From: an uncultured delta proteobacterium
GTDB taxonomy: Bacteria; Desulfobacterota; BSN033; UBA1163
Assembly (NCBI GenBank): GCA_963827685.1
Contig: CAWHBU010000001.1
Span: 288,001 to 352,000 of the forward strand
Direction: 5' to 3'
Length of the DNA stretch: 64,000 nt
The notes below the pieces were generated by a model that saw nothing but the letters and a program-made list of their open reading frames with translations, did no database searches and was not told the origin of the DNA. Position 1 is the stretch's first letter. Every line of letters begins with the position of its first letter. Position numbers and translations under genes: made by a program. Below are positions 58,055-64,000 of this stretch, piece after piece.

Positions 58055-59086
58055 ATGAAGACTGTTACTCTAAAAAGAGTCCTGACCATTTCAATTCTCC
58101 TCAGCCTCCTCCTCATCTTGATTATCCTCATGTCCGTCACCATGGGAAGCGTAAAGATTCCACCCCTTCGTTCCATCCGTATTCTCTTCCAGTGCATTCT
58201 GGGTCTGAGGGGAGCTGGGAGCGAGACGGAGCGGACGATCATTCTTTCTCTCAGACTTCCCCGAGCTATTTTGGCAGGTCTCGTGGGAGCAGGTCTTTCT
58301 GTTTCAGGGGCTACGTTCCAGGCTCTCCTGAAAAATCCTCTGGCCGATCCTTATATTCTCGGAGTCTCCAGTGGTGCAGCCGTAGGCGCGATTATTGCCA
58401 TTCTCTTGGGGCTCAGCACCTTTTCCTTTGGCCTCCCTCTGGCTTCCTTCTTGGGAGCGCTCCTGACCATCCTCGTTGTCTTCTATTTCGGAAGACAGGA
58501 TGGAAGGATTCATCCGAATACGCTTTTGTTGGCGGGGGTCATCATCGGTTCTTTTCTCTCAGCCCTCATCATGTTTTTCATCTCTGTCTCCCAAAGAGAA
58601 GAACTTCATACGATCATCTTCTGGTTGATGGGAGACTTCAGTTTTTCCAACGCTCGGGCGATTCTAATCATCTTTCCTTATATTCTATTGGGCGTCTTCT
58701 TTCTTTATCTCCGCTCTCGTCATTTGAACCTCATCCTTTCCGGGGAAGAGAACGCTGTCCAGTTGGGGGTGGATGTGGAGAGGTTGAAACTGGTTTCCTA
58801 TCTTTCTGCTTCTTTGATCACTGCAGCATCGGTCTCCGTATGCGGTCTGATCGGTTTCGTGGGCCTGATCATCCCACATTCTGTTCGGCTGATCTTTGGC
58901 CCTGACCATCGTCTCCTCATCCCTTCCACAGCACTGCTTGGGGCTTCGTTTCTCATTGCTTCCGATACCTTTGCAAGAACCTTGCTCGCTCCTGTTGAAT
59001 TGCCCGTGGGCGTGATCACGGCCGCCTTTGGAGGTCCTTTCTTTATCTACCTTCTAAGGACGAGAAAGGCGATCAAAACATTATGA
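58055..59086 (+). CDS. btuC: Cobalamin/iron-chelate ABC permease
   Basis: RLPR, NPLADPYILGVSSGA, GFVGLIIPH, ELPVG. Confidence 0.9.
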   Translation: MKTVTLKRVLTISILLSLLLILIILMSVTMGSVKIPPLRSIRILFQCILGLRGAGSETERTIILSLRLPRAILAGLVGAGLSVSGATFQALLKNPLADPYILGVSSGAAVGAIIAILLGLSTFSFGLPLASFLGALLTILVVFYFGRQDGRIHPNTLLLAGVIIGSFLSALIMFFISVSQREELHTIIFWLMGDFSFSNARAILIIFPYILLGVFFLYLRSRHLNLILSGEENAVQLGVDVERLKLVSYLSASLITAASVSVCGLIGFVGLIIPHSVRLIFGPDHRLLIPSTALLGASFLIASDTFARTLLAPVELPVGVITAAFGGPFFIYLLRTRKAIKTL

Positions 59087-59880
59087 TTGAAGTCAATTCC
59101 ATCTCCTTCCGTTATCATGAAGATTGGGTGCTCCAGGATGTCTCTTTTCAACTGGAGAGGGGAGAGTTCGTTGGAGTGATCGGACCCAATGGATCAGGGA
59201 AGACGACACTCCTGAAGATCCTCTATCGTCTTCTTATACCCCAGAAGGGAGAGATTCTCTTTGAACTTGTCCCCATGAAGAGGATGGATCGAGCTGATAT
59301 CGCCAAAAGGATTGCTGTGGTGGCACAAGAGGCTCAACTTCTCTTTCCTTTCAGTGTGTTTGAAACGGTCCTGATGGGAAGATCTCCTTATCTTGGGCAT
59401 TTAATGTTTGAAAGCGAAAAGGATTTGGAAATTGCGAAAAAAGCGATGGGGTGGACGAAGATCCTTCCGTTTTCTGAAAGGCCCATGGACGAACTCTCCG
59501 GCGGAGAAAGGAAGAGGGTCTTCATCGCCAGGGCTTTGGCTCAGGAACCGGAGGTTATTCTTCTGGATGAACCCACTGCCAACTTAGACATCCAGCACCA
59601 GATCGATTTTCTCGATCTCATCCTCACTCTCAACCGGGAGAGAGGGTTGACCATTATCATGGCCTCTCACGATATGAACATTGCCTCTGAATTTTGTGAT
59701 CGGCTTATTCTTCTTCGGGAAGGAAGGATTTATAAAATGGGGACCCCTGAGGAGGTCATCACCCAGGAGAATATTGAATTGGTATATGGTTGCGAGGCAT
59801 GGATAGACCAAAATCCTGTCTCAGGAATGCCCCGGATCAGTCTCATAAAAAAGGGGGGATTAACTAAGAGGTTACATTGA
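59083..59880 (+). CDS. btuD: Cobalamin/iron-chelate ABC ATPase
   Basis: GPNGSGKTT, LSGGE, LDEPT, SHD. Confidence 0.88.
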   Translation: MIEVNSISFRYHEDWVLQDVSFQLERGEFVGVIGPNGSGKTTLLKILYRLLIPQKGEILFELVPMKRMDRADIAKRIAVVAQEAQLLFPFSVFETVLMGRSPYLGHLMFESEKDLEIAKKAMGWTKILPFSERPMDELSGGERKRVFIARALAQEPEVILLDEPTANLDIQHQIDFLDLILTLNRERGLTIIMASHDMNIASEFCDRLILLREGRIYKMGTPEEVITQENIELVYGCEAWIDQNPVSGMPRISLIKKGGLTKRLH

Positions 59881-60070
59881 AAAGATAGTTGAATGTGCTT
59901 CCAAACCTTTACCAAGCGGTTCTTTACATTGTTTTATGGGTAACATACAATGTCGCCTGAAGTGACGTTTGGAATGTGTCTGGAAATGAAGCAGAGAAAC
60001 GTTCAGCGGTTCCGCTGTAAAGCTTTGGCGATAAATCGCCCGGAGCTGTAATTGTCTTTTTTATAAAAAA

Positions 60071-60603
60071 TACCTGTTGAATACCGCCTAGCTCTGCTGG
60101 GCGGATGAAAACAGGTTCGCGAAGCGATAAGACATGGTATAAGTACTGCATGAGCTCGATAAAAAGAACAAGCCATGCGGTCTACGATTTGAAATATCAT
60201 ATGGTATGGGTTCCCAAATATCGGAAGATGATATTGGGAGGTGAGTTGGCAAAAAGGCTTAAGATGAGTTTTGAGCAAATATCGGAGAGGTACGAGTTTG
60301 AGATAGATACGATGGAGGTAAAGGATGATCATGTTCATTTATTTTTGTCTGCCCCTCCTCGGTATTGTCCGGCAGAGATTGTGCAGATCATAAAGAGTAT
60401 CTCGGCGAAAATGGTGTTCAAGCAGTTTCCAGAGGTGAAGAAAGAGCTTTGGGGTGGAGAGTTTTGGAGTGATGGGTATTTTGTTCGGTCTGTTGGAGAC
60501 AAAGTTACCTCTGAAGTCATACGTCGCTATATAAAGTATCAGCAACAGGAGCAATTAAGTTTTGAATTTTAATGCCCCGCAGCTCTGCTGCGGGGTTCTT
60601 TAC
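60071..60603 (+). mobile_element. IS200-type insertion sequence (tnpA only); boundaries approximate
   Basis: Subterminal hairpins ccgcctag-ctctg-ctgggcgg (60084-60104) and ccccgcag-ctctg-ctgcgggg (60575-60595) flank tnpA. Confidence 0.85.
60150..60572 (+). CDS. tnpA: IS200/IS605-family Y1 HUH transposase
   Basis: YHMVWVPKYR, DHVHL (HUH), LWGGEFWSDGYF, YIKYQ. Confidence 0.95.
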   Translation: MSSIKRTSHAVYDLKYHMVWVPKYRKMILGGELAKRLKMSFEQISERYEFEIDTMEVKDDHVHLFLSAPPRYCPAEIVQIIKSISAKMVFKQFPEVKKELWGGEFWSDGYFVRSVGDKVTSEVIRRYIKYQQQEQLSFEF

Positions 60604-60671
60604 TTTTTTGCCGGCTCAGCACACCCAACTATCTTTTGGAATGTCTTTTACGCAAATAGGGAGTTAAGAGG

Positions 60672-61877
60672 ATGAAACTTTGGGAAGAGATTGAAGTTGC
60701 GCAGAAAAAGATTCAAAAGGCCATCCTCCGAACTCCGATGATCTATTCAGATACCTTCTCAAGGCTGACAGGCAAAGAGGTCTTTCTCAAACTTGAAAAT
60801 CTTCAGAAGACCGGCTCTTTCAAAATCAGAGGGGCCTACTATAAATTGTCCCAACTCACTCCTTTGATTAAAAAAAGGGGAGTGGTGGCTGCCTCCGCAG
60901 GAAACCATGCCCAGGGGGTTGCACTGGCTTCTTCCATTTTAGGGGTCCATTCGACCATTGTCATGCCCGAGGGAGTTTCTCTTGCCAAACAAATGGCTAC
61001 TCAGGCATACGGCGGAGAGGTTGTCCTTTTTGGTCAAAATACAGATGAAGCCCTCCGTTATGCCAGGCAGCTAACGGAGGGTGATAAATTCTTTATCCAT
61101 CCTTTTGACGACGAACAGGTGATCGCTGGCCAGGGGACGATCGGGCTCGAAATTTTGAAGGAAGTTCCAGGAACGGAGGCTATCATTGTCCCAATAGGGG
61201 GCGGGGGGCTGATCTCAGGAATTGCTGCGATTGTAAAGAAGAGAAGACCTGATGTGAAGATTATCGGCGTTCAGTCTATTCATGCCGCTTCTGCCTTTTA
61301 TTCCTTGAAGAGAAAAAAGATTGTGGAGGTGAAGGTAAAACCAACATTAGCCGATGGGATTGCCCTCCAAAGGGTGGGGGAGATCACCTTTCCCCTGATC
61401 CAGAAAGGAGTGGAAGAGATTGTCACGGTGGAAGAGAATGAAATCGCCTCAGCCATCCTCCTCTTGATGGAGAGAAAACGTATCGTGGTAGAAGGTGCGG
61501 GAGCCACCCCATTGGCTGCGCTCCTTTCGAAAAGTTTGAAGACCAGGTTGAAGAAGATCGTCCTGGTCATCAGCGGAGGCAACATTGATTTTCACCTCCT
61601 CGACCGGATCATCGAGAAAGGCCTTGCACAAACAGGAAAGCTCGTCCGGATGAGTATCCTCTTAAGAGATGTTCCAGGAGCTCTGGCAAAACTCTCGGCT
61701 CTGGTCGCCGAACACCGGGCCAACATCCTTCATATCATCCACGAGCGGGCAGCTAAAGATATCCCGATTGGATTCTCAAAAGTAATTTTGGTTTTGGAGA
61801 CGCGCGGTTCAGACCATATCCGGGAGATTCAGCAGGGGTTTAGAGCGAAGGGGTATTCTCTCCAGATATTGAGTTAG
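60672..61877 (+). CDS. ilvA: Threonine ammonia-lyase with C-terminal ACT domain
   Basis: KLENLQKTGSFKIRGA, SAGNHAQG, GGGGL, SGGN. Confidence 0.92.
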   Translation: MKLWEEIEVAQKKIQKAILRTPMIYSDTFSRLTGKEVFLKLENLQKTGSFKIRGAYYKLSQLTPLIKKRGVVAASAGNHAQGVALASSILGVHSTIVMPEGVSLAKQMATQAYGGEVVLFGQNTDEALRYARQLTEGDKFFIHPFDDEQVIAGQGTIGLEILKEVPGTEAIIVPIGGGGLISGIAAIVKKRRPDVKIIGVQSIHAASAFYSLKRKKIVEVKVKPTLADGIALQRVGEITFPLIQKGVEEIVTVEENEIASAILLLMERKRIVVEGAGATPLAALLSKSLKTRLKKIVLVISGGNIDFHLLDRIIEKGLAQTGKLVRMSILLRDVPGALAKLSALVAEHRANILHIIHERAAKDIPIGFSKVILVLETRGSDHIREIQQGFRAKGYSLQILS

Positions 61878-61981
61878 CTTAAACTTTGAAAAAGATAAAC
61901 TGACAGGTGTGCTGAAAAAGCTTTACAGATTCTTTGTTTAATTGTAGGATGGTTTGTAGATCGAGAAGAGAGGAGTAATGC

Positions 61982-62908
61982 ATGCCTGAAGGGGAACATA
62001 CTTTAGCGGTCTTCATCGATTTTGAGAACCTTGCCCTGGGTTTCAGAGGCAAGAGGGATAGACGATTTGAGATCCGGAAGGTATTAGAGCGCCTGGTTGA
62101 GAAAGGGAAGCTCATCGTGAAAAAAGCCTATGCAGACTGGGCCGATTATGCAGAGTATAAGAAGCCCCTTCATGAGGCGGCCATTGAGCTGATCGAGATT
62201 CCAAAGCGTGCGATGACCGGAAAGAACTCCGCAGATATCCGACTTTGTGTGGATGCTCTCGACCTCTGTTATTCCAAAGAACACATCGACACCTTTGTTA
62301 TTGTTTCAGGCGACAGCGACTTCTCCCCCCTCGTCTCTAAGTTGAAGGAGAATGGCAAGCGGGTGATCGGACTTGGGATGAAGGAGTCGAGTTCCAACCT
62401 TTTGGTCGATAATTGTGACGAGTTTATTTACTATGAAGACTTAGAACGACCCTTGGGCATTCCGCCCAAGATCGAGCAGGATCTCCCCGAGAAGAAGAAA
62501 GAGGCTTTTCAACTTCTGGTGGACTCCGTGGTAGCCCTCGTCCGTGAGAATAAGGAAGTGCTCTGGTCCTCGATGGTGAAAGAGACGATGAAGCGAAAGA
62601 AACCCTCTTTCAATGAATCTTATCATGGCTACCGTACCTTCAGTGATCTCCTTGAAGATGCCGAAAAAGAAGGGATCATTCAGCTAAGAACCGATACCCG
62701 GAGCGGGACTTATGTCATCGTCGGATTTGGGAAGGATCAGAAAAAGGATGTTGCAGAAGAATTAAAGGAATCAAAAGAACAGAAAGAACGGAAACCCTCA
62801 AAACCTCGCTGGCGTTCACGCCCAAGGAAACCAAAACCCAAAACACCTTCACCGCCGCCTGAACCTCCGGATGTTCCTAATGCTTCGGAAACAGAGCCGA
62901 TCGTATAA
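61982..62908 (+). CDS. NYN-domain protein with OST-HTH/LOTUS domain
   Basis: FIDFEN, GKNSADI, SGDSDF, PSFNESYHGYRTFSDLL. Confidence 0.9.
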   Translation: MPEGEHTLAVFIDFENLALGFRGKRDRRFEIRKVLERLVEKGKLIVKKAYADWADYAEYKKPLHEAAIELIEIPKRAMTGKNSADIRLCVDALDLCYSKEHIDTFVIVSGDSDFSPLVSKLKENGKRVIGLGMKESSSNLLVDNCDEFIYYEDLERPLGIPPKIEQDLPEKKKEAFQLLVDSVVALVRENKEVLWSSMVKETMKRKKPSFNESYHGYRTFSDLLEDAEKEGIIQLRTDTRSGTYVIVGFGKDQKKDVAEELKESKEQKERKPSKPRWRSRPRKPKPKTPSPPPEPPDVPNASETEPIV

Positions 62909-62975
62909 CTCCCCCTCTCCCTCCTTTAGAAAGGGGAGGCGCCGTCGTCCAAAGTCAGACTATGGCGCCGGACAG

Positions 62976-64000
62976 TTGTGGAAATTTCGATTTCTCATTG
63001 TTATTCTCGCCTTTCTCATCCCGAGCTCTTTTTCAAAGGTCTCGTTCGCTCAAAAAGACCTTGGCGTACCGGTGAGGGAAGGCATCTGTTGGGGCACTTT
63101 CGTCGGCCCTGGAAAGACGGGAGAGAAGGATACGATTTACCTTTCCTTCGGACATTACAATGCCCCCCTTTTCGTTCTCGCTGTCAATCCTGATACAGGC
63201 CAAATCCGGCAATTCAACGGTCCTCTCTCCTCTGAGATGGGTTCGTGGGGATTCACCATCGATCATGAAAATCGTATCTATCTTGGGAGTTATTATTCTG
63301 CGCACCTTCTTCGTTTTGATCCGAAGACTGAAAAGTGGGATGATCTCGGGCAGCCTGCTGGAGAGTCTGAGTCTTTCATCTGTAAAATCACAACGGCAAG
63401 AGATGGGAAGATCTGGGGAGGAACTTATCCTTCGGCAAAGCTTTTTTCTTACGATCCCAAGACAGGTGTGATTCAAAATTATGATCGTATGGACCCAGAT
63501 CAGTTCTACTGTTATCCCACGGCTGGCAATGATGGTTTGATCTATTGTGCCATTCAATTTGAGAAGATGGACATTGTTGTCTTCAATCCAGAGAAAAAGA
63601 CCAGGACTTCTCTGATCCCGCAGGAAAGCCGAAAACCTGGTCGCATGAGTTTAGTAAAGGGAAAAGATGGAAAGATTTATTCCAAACTCTCGACTTCAGA
63701 CGAATGGTTCCTCATCGAAGGAGGAGAAAAACTGGTTGAAGTCTCTAAGTCTAATATTCCTTTTGCTCAAAGTGGCCTTCCGGATGGACGAACGTTTAGT
63801 CTCATCGATGGGAGCCTCCTCCGAATTGAGAATCCTTTAACAAAGGAGAAGAAAGAGATTCCTCTCAAATATGAAGCAGCGGGATCCTTCATCTTTGTCG
63901 TCGGCACAGGACCAGATGGTAAAATTTACGGGAGTAGCATGCTCCCTCTAAGACTCTTCGCCTATGATCCCCACACTCAATCTTTCAGAAATCTGGGCAA
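62976..64000 (+). CDS. Secreted beta-propeller-like repeat protein (partial; runs off the window)
   Basis: Open frame from TTG 62976 with a signal-like start (WKFRFLIVILAFLIP) and repeated DGKI(W/Y)G...YDP motifs; missing from the ORF track because it has no stop. Confidence 0.75.
   Translation, partial: MWKFRFLIVILAFLIPSSFSKVSFAQKDLGVPVREGICWGTFVGPGKTGEKDTIYLSFGHYNAPLFVLAVNPDTGQIRQFNGPLSSEMGSWGFTIDHENRIYLGSYYSAHLLRFDPKTEKWDDLGQPAGESESFICKITTARDGKIWGGTYPSAKLFSYDPKTGVIQNYDRMDPDQFYCYPTAGNDGLIYCAIQFEKMDIVVFNPEKKTRTSLIPQESRKPGRMSLVKGKDGKIYSKLSTSDEWFLIEGGEKLVEVSKSNIPFAQSGLPDGRTFSLIDGSLLRIENPLTKEKKEIPLKYEAAGSFIFVVGTGPDGKIYGSSMLPLRLFAYDPHTQSFRNLG

Noticed and set aside
62938-62975. Possible fourth guide-type element (GGCG-CCGT-CGTC...CGCC)
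   Set aside because: Lacks CCTG/CAGG arms and the closing target copy; more likely a different hairpin family.
62978-63557. Three short ORF-track entries at the window end
   Set aside because: Alternative frames of one long open frame from 62976 that runs off the window.

Overview
Chromosomal window from a moderately GC-rich bacterium whose gene content and order suggest a Desulfobacterota/'deltaproteobacterial' anaerobe (inference). It is mostly housekeeping and metabolic genes: a liv-type ABC transporter, serB, priA, a phenylacetate-CoA ligase, pflX-polX, panBE, an NRAMP-like Mg2+ transport operon, nrdD-redoxin-nrdG with tandem NrdR boxes, the conserved rSAM-rng-rplU-rpmA-obg-proBA-nadD-rsfS cluster, a cobalamin-riboswitch tonB-btuFCD operon and ilvA. 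There is also one IS200-type tnpA element and a decayed toxin-antitoxin/restriction islet. The intergenic DNA is the unusual part: most spacers hold 20-220 bp palindromic elements of several families, often nested inside each other. One family (19534, 35384, 57040) has the layout T-CCTG-rc(T)-CCGAA-loop-TTCGG-rc(T)-CAGG-T, in which two internal 4-mers co-vary with the flanking 4-mer target. This suggests a minimal, self-guided mobile element. Other leads are a Pro-containing leader ORF plus structured RNA and a 36-aa membrane peptide in the Mg2+ operon, a degenerate GGDEF protein that keeps its I-site, and a palindromic repeat read in frame inside btuF. All calls are by eye; no searches or folding programs were run.
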